Assembly (NCBI GenBank): GCA_028867785.1
Contig: JAGWFS010000002.1
Span: 116,678-148,677 of the forward strand
Direction: 5' to 3'
Source: Nitrososphaerota archaeon
GTDB taxonomy: Archaea > Thermoproteota > Nitrososphaeria > Nitrososphaerales > Nitrosopumilaceae
Length of the DNA: 32,000 nt
How positions within the stretch are numbered: the first letter of the stretch is position 1; each line of letters begins with the position of its first letter. The position numbers were made by a program, and so were the translations under genes. The notes under the pieces were generated by a model. It was not told the origin of the DNA. It ran no database searches and saw only the letters and a program-made list of their open reading frames with translations. Below, piece after piece: positions 1 to 7,915 of the stretch.

Positions 1-2
1 AC

Positions 3-2000
3 AGGCAGATGACAATCGTCCAGGCAAATGTCACTTTACTCTATGAAAAAGATAATGAGGAATATGTCGTTAACATGATTGATACTCCTGGCCACATTGA
101 CTTTACAGGACGTGTGACCCGCAGTCTCAGGGCAATCGACGGAGCAGTCGTAGTGTCAGATTCCGTGGAAGGCATCATGACACAGACCGAGACAGTAACC
201 CGCCAGGCGCTCGAGGAGCGCGTAAGGCCGGTACTATACATCAACAAGATTGACCGTCTCATAAAGGAGCTCAGGCTGGCACCTGAGAAGATGCAGGAAT
301 GGCTGGTTGAAATCATAAACAACTTTAACAGGCTGATTGAGATTTACGCAGAGCCCGAGTACAGGGACAAGTGGAAGGTAAGCATTCAGGACGGGAGCGT
401 CTCCTTTGGTTCTGCAAAGGACAAGTGGGGATTCAATGCCGATGTAATGAAGAAAAAGGGAATCTCGTTTAAGGACATTTACGCTGCATATGCAGAGGGC
501 GGGGACGTCAAGGCGCTTGCCGAAAAGGCGCCACTGTACGATGCGGTTCTTGGGATGGTAGTAAAGCACCATCCGCCGCCGGATGTTGCACAAAAGTACA
601 GAATTCCAAAGATCTGGAAGGGTGATCTAGAGTCTGACATTGGAAAGGCACTGCTCAACTGTGATGACAACGGGCCTGCAATAATGATGATTGTAAACAT
701 GACCGTAGACCCTGCAGCGGGACCTGTTGCAATAGGCAGGCTGTTTTCTGGAAGGATAAAAGACGGCGACCGCATACACATTATTGATACAAAGAGGGAA
801 GGCAGAATCCAGTCTGTCAACTTTTTCATGGGAAACCAGAGGGAGATGGTAGGCGAGCTTGCCGCTGGAAATATTCCGGCACTCTTGGGCCTGGAACATG
901 CAAGGGCAGGGCAGACCATATCGACTATACCAAACGTTCCTACATTTGAGGGAATCCAGTACGTGTCAGAGCCTGTCGTGCAGATTGCGGTAGAGCCAAA
1001 ACATCCAAAGGACCTGCCAAAGCTTGTCGAGGCGCTAAACCGTATTACAATAGAGGACCCCAACCTGCAGGTCAAGATTAACGAGGAGAGCGGCGAGACC
1101 GTAATTGCCGGAATGGGAGTGCTTCACCTTGAGATTGCAACTGCGCTAATTGCAGATGCCAAGGTGGAGATTGTGACATCGCAGCCCTTGATAAACTACA
1201 GGGAGACGATCCGGGGCTCTGCAGGACCAATCATGGCAAAATCTCCAAACAGACACAACAAGATATTCATGAAAGTTGAACCGCTAGACGAAAAGGTTTC
1301 CGAGATGATAAGAAACGGCACTCTAAACGAGTACAAGGACAAGAAGGAGGTGCAGAAGATACTAAAGGAAGCCGGATGGGACAGCGATGACGCAAAACGT
1401 GTAATGAGGTTTGATACTAGGGGAAACGTCATGGTTGACGGCACAAAAGGTGTGCAGTTTGTACAGGAATCAACCGATTCCATACTTTCAGGATTTGATG
1501 ATACCATGAAGGAGGGTCCGCTGACACGAGAACAGGTGAGGGGATGCAAGTTTACATTCCATCACTTTGTACCTCACGAGGACCCGGCACACAGGGGTCT
1601 GTCACAGCTTGGTCCTGCATCAAGACGCGCATGCATGGGGGCAATGCTTCTTGCACAGCCCGTACTGCTAGAGCCGACACTTGGAATAGAGGTGAGAATT
1701 CCGCAGGAGCTCATCGGAAACGTGGCAGGCGTGATATCAGGAAAGCGTGGCAAGGTGCTAAACATGGAGCAAAAAGGCGTGGTAAACATTGTTACCGGGG
1801 AGATTCCGGCATCTGAAACATTTGACTTGTCAGAGGTAATGCGCGGACAGACCGCAGGAAAGGCAATGTGGAACACGCATTTCAAGGCATGGACCCCTGT
1901 TCCAAACTCTATACTTGGAACAATCATAAGTGATCTGCGAAAGAGGAAGGGACTCAGCCCAGAGCCTCCGACGGCAGACGAGTTTGTGGATAAAGAGTAA
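3..2000 (+). CDS. fusA: Translation elongation factor 2 (aEF-2), 5' end outside window
   Basis: The reading frame is open from base 3. GTPase motifs DTPGHIDF and NKIDR are present, domain IV carries the diphthamide-site motif HEDPAHRG, and the 663 aa are collinear with EF-2/EF-G. The antisense ORFs inside it are shadows. Confidence 0.97.
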   Translation, partial: RQMTIVQANVTLLYEKDNEEYVVNMIDTPGHIDFTGRVTRSLRAIDGAVVVSDSVEGIMTQTETVTRQALEERVRPVLYINKIDRLIKELRLAPEKMQEWLVEIINNFNRLIEIYAEPEYRDKWKVSIQDGSVSFGSAKDKWGFNADVMKKKGISFKDIYAAYAEGGDVKALAEKAPLYDAVLGMVVKHHPPPDVAQKYRIPKIWKGDLESDIGKALLNCDDNGPAIMMIVNMTVDPAAGPVAIGRLFSGRIKDGDRIHIIDTKREGRIQSVNFFMGNQREMVGELAAGNIPALLGLEHARAGQTISTIPNVPTFEGIQYVSEPVVQIAVEPKHPKDLPKLVEALNRITIEDPNLQVKINEESGETVIAGMGVLHLEIATALIADAKVEIVTSQPLINYRETIRGSAGPIMAKSPNRHNKIFMKVEPLDEKVSEMIRNGTLNEYKDKKEVQKILKEAGWDSDDAKRVMRFDTRGNVMVDGTKGVQFVQESTDSILSGFDDTMKEGPLTREQVRGCKFTFHHFVPHEDPAHRGLSQLGPASRRACMGAMLLAQPVLLEPTLGIEVRIPQELIGNVAGVISGKRGKVLNMEQKGVVNIVTGEIPASETFDLSEVMRGQTAGKAMWNTHFKAWTPVPNSILGTIISDLRKRKGLSPEPPTADEFVDKE

Positions 2001-2106
2001 AAATAGTAAACCCCCCGTTTAGGCGTGGAAATTGAAGCTACTAGATAATAACGAAAGTTATGATTTGTTGGAGAAGATTTAAGATCAATATGAAAATTAT
2101 GATGAT

Positions 2107-2364
2107 ATGAAACGTAGCTACCTCATTTTGATCATTCTGATTAGTTCTGTAGTGGTAAATTTTTCCTTTATACTTATAATTACAAATCTACTTGGTGAGC
2201 TTTTCCCATCTCAAAATACTAGCTTCATGTACCCTACAACTTCACTAAGCGAGTTAGGCATGTTTCGTCCTATTTTATGGCAGGTCGAACAATATCTTAT
2301 TTTGATACTAGCAGTATGGCTAGTAATCACTTTCAGACATAAGATGATGCACTTTTTATCATGA
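2107..2364 (+). CDS. Hypothetical small membrane protein
   Basis: 85-aa ORF with two strongly hydrophobic segments. Its stop overlaps the ATG of the next ORF (ATGA). It is very AT-rich and no family was recognised. Confidence 0.3.
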   Translation: MKRSYLILIILISSVVVNFSFILIITNLLGELFPSQNTSFMYPTTSLSELGMFRPILWQVEQYLILILAVWLVITFRHKMMHFLS

Positions 2365-2633
2365 CCCTGAAAGGAAAAAATAATCACTACAACATAAAAT
2401 TCCTCAAAGGCTACGGATTCTCAATCAAAGTTAAAGATTCGAAAGATTGTTCTCAAGAATACATCAACAGAAGTGACAACGACAGTTATGGAATTAATGG
2501 GGGAAATGCCACATTCCAATTTATTTATAAAAGTGTACAAAATGATTATCATGTTTGGAATTTTACAGATCCGTTATCAATAATGGTAAAGGGGTGTGTA
2601 GATAATCACAATGAAGACATACCTTGTAGATGA
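2361..2633 (+). pseudogene. Copy A of a repeated gene 5' fragment (MTLKGKNNHYNIKFLKGYGFSIKVKDSK...), frame-disrupted
   Basis: The first ~28 codons are homologous to the fragments at 3695 and 4791. The plausible continuation (..KIVLKN..) is reached only after a 1-nt shift near 2445. The rest of the ORF has no recognisable family. Confidence 0.4.
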
Positions 2634-2695
2634 CAATCTTATAGGCAGTATTTTCTAACAAATCATAACGTTTCACATAACGTAGTTGTCGGGAT

Positions 2696-2738
2696 TTTTT
2701 ATTCGTAAAAGGCAAAGCCCCCCTTTTACGAATAAAAA
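2696..2738. repeat. Perfect 17-bp inverted repeat with a 9-nt spacer
   Basis: tttttattcgtaaaagg (2696-2712) and ccttttacgaataaaaa (2722-2738) are exact reverse complements, separated by the spacer caaagcccc. The element is intergenic. Confidence 0.9.
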
Positions 2739-2786
2739 CATGTTATTGTCGTAAAACTTTAGAAGATTAGAAAATAATCAAATTCA

Positions 2787-3695
2787 ATGAATGCCATAAT
2801 GGTGGTTGGAATGGGTTTTCTGATAGTATTATCTTGTTCCAATATTGTTTTTGCACAAAGAATTATCGCAAATCCCAACATTACCGTCAAGACCGACAAA
2901 TCATCATATATCTTTGGAGATACGATTGTGATTTCTGGCACTGTTAAAACTGTTCTAGAGGGGGACACTATAACCATCCAAATTTTAGATCCTTACAGTA
3001 ATTTAATCCGGGCATCACAGGCTAATGTTGCTCAAGATGGCACTTACACAGGCTCGGTGGAGATAACCGGTTCTGAGTGGAAATCAAGCGGTGTTTATAC
3101 CGTTCTAATTCAATATGGTTCTGAAGTTCAAACCCAAACAACTTTTGCGTTTACGGCAACAACTATTCCCATCAATGGTATATTCCAAGTTCAAATTCCA
3201 AATAACCCCCAGATCTTTAATGTGCCATATACTATTTTTGGAGGATCGGTGACGAACATGTCTGTTAATATCTTGGATCCTTCTCTGACTGTATCTTTAC
3301 TATCAGTTAATTACGGCGCAATCGCACTCTCACTCCAACGGTCTTTACTTGATGCAAAGACAAGTAATGATACCGACGAGCCGTTTACTATCTTAATCGA
3401 TGGTACCGAGATTACACCACAAAAAGAACAGGTGACTTCAAATGATAGAACTTTGACAATACAGTTCCTGCAAGGAGACAAAAATATACAAATTATCGGT
3501 ACCAGTGTAGCATCCCAAAATAATTCTACTATTAATACAAGTACAAATGTGACCACAAATCAGCGACTATCTGCGCAGACTACTAACATGTCAAAACCTA
3601 TTCCGGCAGTACCTGAATTTCCCATTAGCGCATTTGTTCTTTTAATTTCCATTTCGTTCCTAATTCTAATGACGAGATCTACTCCGAAATTCTAA
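2787..3695 (+). CDS. Secreted surface protein with a PEFG-CTERM-like archaeosortase sorting signal
   Basis: It has an N-terminal signal/TM segment (MNAIMVVGMGFLIVLSCSNIVFA) and a Ser/Thr/Asn-rich linker. The C-terminus is AVPEFP followed by a hydrophobic helix (ISAFVLLISISFLILM) and a basic tail (TRSTPKF). Confidence 0.75.
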   Translation: MNAIMVVGMGFLIVLSCSNIVFAQRIIANPNITVKTDKSSYIFGDTIVISGTVKTVLEGDTITIQILDPYSNLIRASQANVAQDGTYTGSVEITGSEWKSSGVYTVLIQYGSEVQTQTTFAFTATTIPINGIFQVQIPNNPQIFNVPYTIFGGSVTNMSVNILDPSLTVSLLSVNYGAIALSLQRSLLDAKTSNDTDEPFTILIDGTEITPQKEQVTSNDRTLTIQFLQGDKNIQIIGTSVASQNNSTINTSTNVTTNQRLSAQTTNMSKPIPAVPEFPISAFVLLISISFLILMTRSTPKF

Positions 3696-3766
3696 TGACT
3701 CTCAAGGGCAAGAAAAGCCACTATGATGTCAAGCTCTTTCGTGGTTATGTCGTATCAGTAATCTAA
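3695..3766 (+). pseudogene. Copy B of the repeated gene 5' fragment (MTLKGKKSHYDVKLFRGYVVSVI*)
   Basis: The ATG overlaps the upstream stop (TAATG). It aligns codon for codon with copy A and carries an in-frame TAA where copy A has AAA. The downstream sequence is degraded. Confidence 0.4.
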
Positions 3767-4342
3767 TTCAGACAAGAAGAGATTTTGGTTGTCAGAGTTA
3801 AAGTCGTTAAATGATTATTCATTTTGTGATTCTGTATCCATGTCTATTGATCTTGTAGGAAAGTTGGTTTCAAAGGACGAAGTTAAGTTTTATGATGATG
3901 AAAAATATGAACCTGAAAGCGAATTATGATAAATATCATACTTCTGGTTTTTTAGACTTTATTATTTGGAAAACTAATTTTTGTTGGACACATCTGGCTT
4001 TGATAATTCATCAAACAAACGAAATAAAAGAACTAATGATTATGAATTTGGCTTTAGTAATTCTGGAAATAGAAAAAGAAAATCGGATGGATTTAACTCA
4101 ATGTTTGGTATGGGCGAAACTTCGAAATCTAGAAGAAAAAGATCATCTGGTTCTGATTCCGTGTTCGAATTTTAAAGAATCTAAGGAATTAGATTTTCTA
4201 CCAACTGTTGAACGTAAATTTTGGCAATTGTAACTTCTTGACACATTGACATTCCATCCTCTCTTTTCAATCCATGCTTGAACTTGTAGGATCTTTCAGA
4301 CAGAAACTTCCTTTCTAAAACTTCCAAAAACCTTAAATCAAA

Positions 4343-4618
4343 TTGCATGCATATTACAGCGTGTCCACAAAAACAATCGGGATAATAATAGGCGGTTTTG
4401 CCGGAGGAGTCGTTGCAATATCGCTTGTCATGATGGCAGGATCGGGGTGGGAGACACCAGGGCAGTATACTGGAATAAGCAACGCCGCACATGCTACCAG
4501 TGACTCGACACATTGCTATGCGTTTCAGACCGGATGCAGTGTTTCAAATTATGGCAGCACCACAACCGCATCAGACTATGATGGACAAGCTCTAAGCGGC
4601 AGTTATAGCGGGCCGTAG
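4343..4618 (+). CDS. Hypothetical membrane-anchored small protein
   Basis: 91-aa ORF with one clear TM segment (IGIIIGGFAGGVVAISLVMMAG) followed by a Ser/Thr/Gly-rich tail. No family was recognised. Confidence 0.3.
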   Translation: MHAYYSVSTKTIGIIIGGFAGGVVAISLVMMAGSGWETPGQYTGISNAAHATSDSTHCYAFQTGCSVSNYGSTTTASDYDGQALSGSYSGP

Positions 4619-4790
4619 TTTTTACATCCTTTAATCTTTAGGATAGTCTGTCACTTGGAAGTGATCTTTGCTCAATCCAAAGTATTGCGAGAACCGCCGG
4701 ATTTTTGTTTGTGAACTGTTGGTTTAGAAACAGGATTTCTGTTATCAGAAATGCCAATTTTTCTAGTAACAAGAAGACTGTGGCAATCTC

Positions 4791-4868
4791 ATGACTAGAA
4801 GGAAAACAAAATCATTTCAACATAAAATTTCTAAAGGGATCTTTTTTCCAGCTTTAAATTTCAAATAA
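4791..4868 (+). pseudogene. Copy C of the repeated gene 5' fragment (most degraded)
   Basis: There is DNA-level similarity to copy A: aaggaaaacaaaatcatttcaacataaaatttctaaagg versus aaggaaaaaataatcactacaacataaaattcctcaaagg. It starts with ATGACT like copy B. Confidence 0.3.
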
Positions 4869-4973
4869 AACATCAATAACTGGCGCGTCTCCTGCTTATC
4901 AGCTAACATTATGATAAATCAGCTTTAATGTTGAATTTGAGTAATTAAGTAACTCCACTATAGTTGGTTTATC

Positions 4974-5228
4974 ATGTCACAAAAAATGGTGCAGCCTATT
5001 CAAACGGCATTTGTAATGGTCAACTGCGAATATGGGCATGAAAGCGGTGTAATTGAGCAGTTAAGAACCATTGAAGGGGTCAAAGAGACTATCAGAACGA
5101 GCGGGCCCTATGACATACTTTGTAATATTGAAGTATCGACAGTGGAGTCCCTAAAAGAGGTCATTGAGCAAAAAATTCGCAAGACTCCTCATACGATATC
5201 AACTACCACACTCATCAAGTCGCACTAG
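4974..5228 (+). CDS. Stand-alone Lrp/AsnC-type ligand-binding (RAM) domain protein
   Basis: The 84 aa follow the RAM-domain pattern: AFVMVNCE...VIEQLRTIEGVKETIRTSGPYDILCNIEV...LKEVIEQKIRKTPHTISTTTL. There is no N-terminal HTH. Confidence 0.7.
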   Translation: MSQKMVQPIQTAFVMVNCEYGHESGVIEQLRTIEGVKETIRTSGPYDILCNIEVSTVESLKEVIEQKIRKTPHTISTTTLIKSH

Positions 5229-5283
5229 CTGCTTATTTTTTCACCATGGGAACCTTTAAGGTTGCTGCAAAAGTTATGACTGT

Positions 5284-5511
5284 ATGCAGCGCGGCACCAT
5301 AATAATGATAGTCGGAATCTCAATGCAAATCATAAACTGGCTACTATCTACTACTCTATCCAATTCGCCAAGCTTTCAGCCATACAAAGGTACGATGGGA
5401 ACAGTGACAATTTTTGGCTGGATCTTGTTTTTTGCGGGCTTTGCGATAAGACATTTTGACAAAAAGAAGCTGCCACTTGATGACTCGAAAAGAAAACCAA
5501 GACGCAGATAA
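5284..5511 (+). CDS. Hypothetical small membrane protein (2 TM, basic tail)
   Basis: It has two hydrophobic helices and a KKKLPLDDSKRKPRRR tail. Its stop overlaps the next ATG (TAATG). Confidence 0.4.
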   Translation: MQRGTIIMIVGISMQIINWLLSTTLSNSPSFQPYKGTMGTVTIFGWILFFAGFAIRHFDKKKLPLDDSKRKPRRR

Positions 5512-5852
5512 TGATAATACAAAAAGCTGCAATCTCTGACGCAAAGGAAATACTATCGCTTCAAAAAATATCCTATAAAAGTGAGGCTGATCTTTACAAC
5601 AACCATTGCATACCTTCGATGACCGAGACCCTGGAAGACATGCAAAACGAGTTTGAACACAAGACATTTCTCAAATCTGCGGCGGATGGAAACATAGTGG
5701 GGATTCGCGACCATATGGTTCATTTCAGGTTCATCCGAGATACTGGTTGTAAGGGCATTCTACACGAGAATGTGTATTATACCAAGAATACCGATAATAA
5801 GAAGTCAGTACACACTAAATCATGCAGAAGGCAGAGAAGAAAAGACCAATAA
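5511..5852 (+). pseudogene. GNAT N-acetyltransferase, disrupted
   Basis: The N-terminal ~65 aa match the common GNAT pattern (MIIQKAAISDAKEILSLQKISYKSEADLYNNHCIPSMTETLEDMQNEFEHKTFLKSAADGNIVG). After ~5705 the expected motif A is split between frames (VHPRYW at 5729-5746 in another frame, KGI at 5751-5759), with a stop in between. The 3' end is overlapped by the antitoxin ORF. Confidence 0.55.
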
Positions 5853-6028
5853 TCGATCCAAATGGCCATAAGCTTTCAAAGAAGGCTATGAAAAAACTGC
5901 CAAGAACAGAGCTAAGCCCGAAAGTGGAAAAGGCATTAGATGATATAGCTACTGGGAAAGAGAAATTAGTCAAATATGACAATTTCGATGAATATATCAA
6001 GCATGTCAAACAAGTTTTAGAAGAATAA
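5822..6028 (+). CDS. Putative antitoxin (RelB/ParD-like by position)
   Basis: 68-aa charged protein immediately upstream (4-nt gap) of a RelE/ParE-like toxin gene. Its size and genetic arrangement are typical of a type II antitoxin. Confidence 0.55.
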   Translation: MQKAEKKRPIIDPNGHKLSKKAMKKLPRTELSPKVEKALDDIATGKEKLVKYDNFDEYIKHVKQVLEE

Positions 6029-6032
6029 AAAC

Positions 6033-6320
6033 TTGCATAGGGTGGAAGCACGTGACAATACAATAGATAAAAAATTAAAGAAATTCAAGTCAGATAAAGC
6101 TGTAATTGAAGGATATTTTCGGGTTTTGGAAGAGTTGAAAATAACACAGGATCCGAGAATTATTGGAGAACGAAAACATGGGATTTATAGAAATTGTCAT
6201 GCCATCCACATAACAAAAAACCACAGCCTGCTTTACATTTACTATCCTGAACAAAATTTAGTGCAACTAATTGACTTGGACGATCACAAGAATCTTTACG
6301 GTAGAGATAACAGGAATTAA
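6033..6320 (+). CDS. RelE/ParE-superfamily type II toxin
   Basis: The 95 aa carry the family pattern ...LEELKITQDPRIIGERKHGIYRNCHAIHITKNHSLLYIYYPEQNLVQLIDLDDHKNLY. The start is a non-ATG codon (TTG at 6033 or GTG at 6042). Confidence 0.7.
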   Translation: MHRVEARDNTIDKKLKKFKSDKAVIEGYFRVLEELKITQDPRIIGERKHGIYRNCHAIHITKNHSLLYIYYPEQNLVQLIDLDDHKNLYGRDNRN

Positions 6321-6364
6321 CCTATTGTCGTAGTAACAGATTGAATTGAGAATCAGCGTGTCTA

Positions 6365-6412
6365 GTAGGATCCGTCAGGGCGTTTGTGCAAGATGGCACT
6401 TGTCATATAGGA
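6365..6412 (+). pseudogene. Second GNAT remnant (VGSVRAFVQDGTCHIG)
   Basis: A short open frame encodes the GNAT segment that normally follows '..DG.IVG' and that the 5511 copy lacks. It has no start codon and is bounded by stops. Confidence 0.4.
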
Positions 6413-6529
6413 TGGTCACAATTCAAGAAACTGATTAAAAACATACTTTATTTACAACTCTTGCATCTGGCACTAAAAACCGTCCTTTAGTAATTGTGAT
6501 ATGTGTCCAACTTTACCGTTTTTTCATAA

Positions 6530-7660
6530 ATGAAAGTGTCCGCTATGGTAATCGCAAGTCTTGCCGTATTGGCAGTATTTTGTGCAGGTTTGATGCAGCA
6601 GTCGTTTGCTGACGGCTTCCAGCCGCCGCTATTCAAGTGGCTCTACAAACCAGCAATCTGCGTCTTTGAACCGTCTGATCCTCACTTTCCAGGCTTGGGA
6701 AAAAAGATGTTTTCCATGACACATGATGCCGTGCTTAGCTGGCAGACAAAACTCAATGGCGGCAACGCAAATGGTGCATGGAACCTGAGCCTAGTTGACA
6801 TTCCGTCTTCAGAAGCAAGCTCCTACGATGCAACTGACTGCGACATTACAGTCAACTTCAAACCGTCTCCTGACAATCCAAGTGAAAAATTCAACGAGGC
6901 TGGAATCACAGTATACAAGAACTTTCCAAAGGTATACGTCACAATATACTATCTGGGAATAAATCTAAAGGAACAATATCTGACGTTTTGGCAAAATGGA
7001 ACATTATACTATACGTATCAACCCATACCATACTTTACAGGGTATCTTGCAAGCGATCCGCAGCTTGAGATGACCATACTGCACGAACTTGGCCACTCTC
7101 TTGGGCTTGGGCATTACATTGTGCCCGATATGGAATTGAAGCGAATAGTGCAGGGCTATCAGGACATGCCATCAATCATGGTTACAACCGTGTTTAGTTA
7201 CGGCGTGACTCACTTTGACATCACCACTCTTGACATAAAAGAGATCCAGTCAATTTATGGTACTCAAGGACTGCCAACCAAACAATCCATATCCAATCAA
7301 AGCATTACCACAAGCACTGAAAACATTATTCCAAACCAAGTTAACATCTCACCGCAACAAAATCTCAGCCCTGTACCAACTGCAGGCACGCCGTCGCAGA
7401 TACCGTCATGGATAAAAAACATTGCCAGGTGGTGGTCTGCAAATCAAGTCAGCGATGATGAATTTGCAGGTGCTATGAAGTATTTGATCCAGCAGGGTAT
7501 CCTGAAAGTTCCTCCAACTCAGAGCACTGTATCCTCTGGGCATATTCCGTCCTGGGTAAAGACAAATTCTGGATACTGGGCAGATGGCAAGATATCTGAC
7601 TATGAATTTATCCGGGGAATCCAGTACTTGATAAGTACGGGAATAATCGTGATACAGTAA
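6530..7660 (+). CDS. Secreted zinc metalloprotease (metzincin/matrixin-like) with two C-terminal repeat modules
   Basis: It has a signal peptide (MKVSAMVIASLAVLAVFCAGLMQQSFA) and the zinc site HELGHSLGLGH (HExxHxxGxxH, 7082-7114). Two ~38-aa repeats, IPSW[IV]K..(x)..W..(x)..[IV]SD.EF..(x)..YLI..GI, lie at 7400-7657. Confidence 0.8.
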   Translation: MKVSAMVIASLAVLAVFCAGLMQQSFADGFQPPLFKWLYKPAICVFEPSDPHFPGLGKKMFSMTHDAVLSWQTKLNGGNANGAWNLSLVDIPSSEASSYDATDCDITVNFKPSPDNPSEKFNEAGITVYKNFPKVYVTIYYLGINLKEQYLTFWQNGTLYYTYQPIPYFTGYLASDPQLEMTILHELGHSLGLGHYIVPDMELKRIVQGYQDMPSIMVTTVFSYGVTHFDITTLDIKEIQSIYGTQGLPTKQSISNQSITTSTENIIPNQVNISPQQNLSPVPTAGTPSQIPSWIKNIARWWSANQVSDDEFAGAMKYLIQQGILKVPPTQSTVSSGHIPSWVKTNSGYWADGKISDYEFIRGIQYLISTGIIVIQ

Positions 7661-7666
7661 ATCTTT

Positions 7667-7915
7667 TCAGCTTTTCTGACTTTTCATCCTGTCAAGTACT
7701 GTGACAAATACGCCTATTACGAGAGCAATTATTCCCCACTGGCTGATTGTTGTCAGCTGGTTGCTCCAGTCAAGCATGTGGTACTGGGCATCTGCCATCA
7801 TGGATGAGTGGGAAGGATTGATTGTAGGTATGCCGTCTACTATCCACTGGGAAATAAAATGTCCAATTACCAGCATTCCAATGCCAGCTATGATGATTCC
7901 GTATCCACGTTTCAT
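7667..7915 (-). CDS. Hypothetical small membrane protein
   Basis: It has two TM helices. I prefer the internal ATG (MKRGYGIIIAG...) to the ORF-track start at 7972, because the first 19 codons are non-hydrophobic and overlap the upstream region. Confidence 0.45.
   Translation of the reverse strand: MKRGYGIIIAGIGMLVIGHFISQWIVDGIPTINPSHSSMMADAQYHMLDWSNQLTTISQWGIIALVIGVFVTVLDRMKSQKS

Noticed and set aside
41-1927. Multiple 90-198-aa ORFs on the minus strand and in alternative plus-strand frames inside the aEF-2 gene (e.g. 479-1075 minus, 1544-1816 plus).
   Set aside because: They lie entirely within a very high-confidence conserved CDS. Their composition is Ser/Cys/Arg-rich and low in complexity, as expected of shadow frames in GC-richer coding DNA.
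3892-4233. The 113-aa ORF (MMMKNMNLKANYDKYHTSGFLDF...) considered as a real gene.
   Set aside because: It overlaps the repeat-bearing ORF 3981-4175 in another frame and has an AT-rich, low-complexity composition with no motifs. More likely it is a chance open frame across decayed repeat DNA.
2361-4868. An integron-like cassette array reading, with each gene followed by a conserved recombination site.
   Set aside because: The conserved segments are ATG-initiated coding fragments that diverge in a codon-aware way. They are not imperfect attC-type palindromes, and no IntI-like integrase or attI is adjacent.
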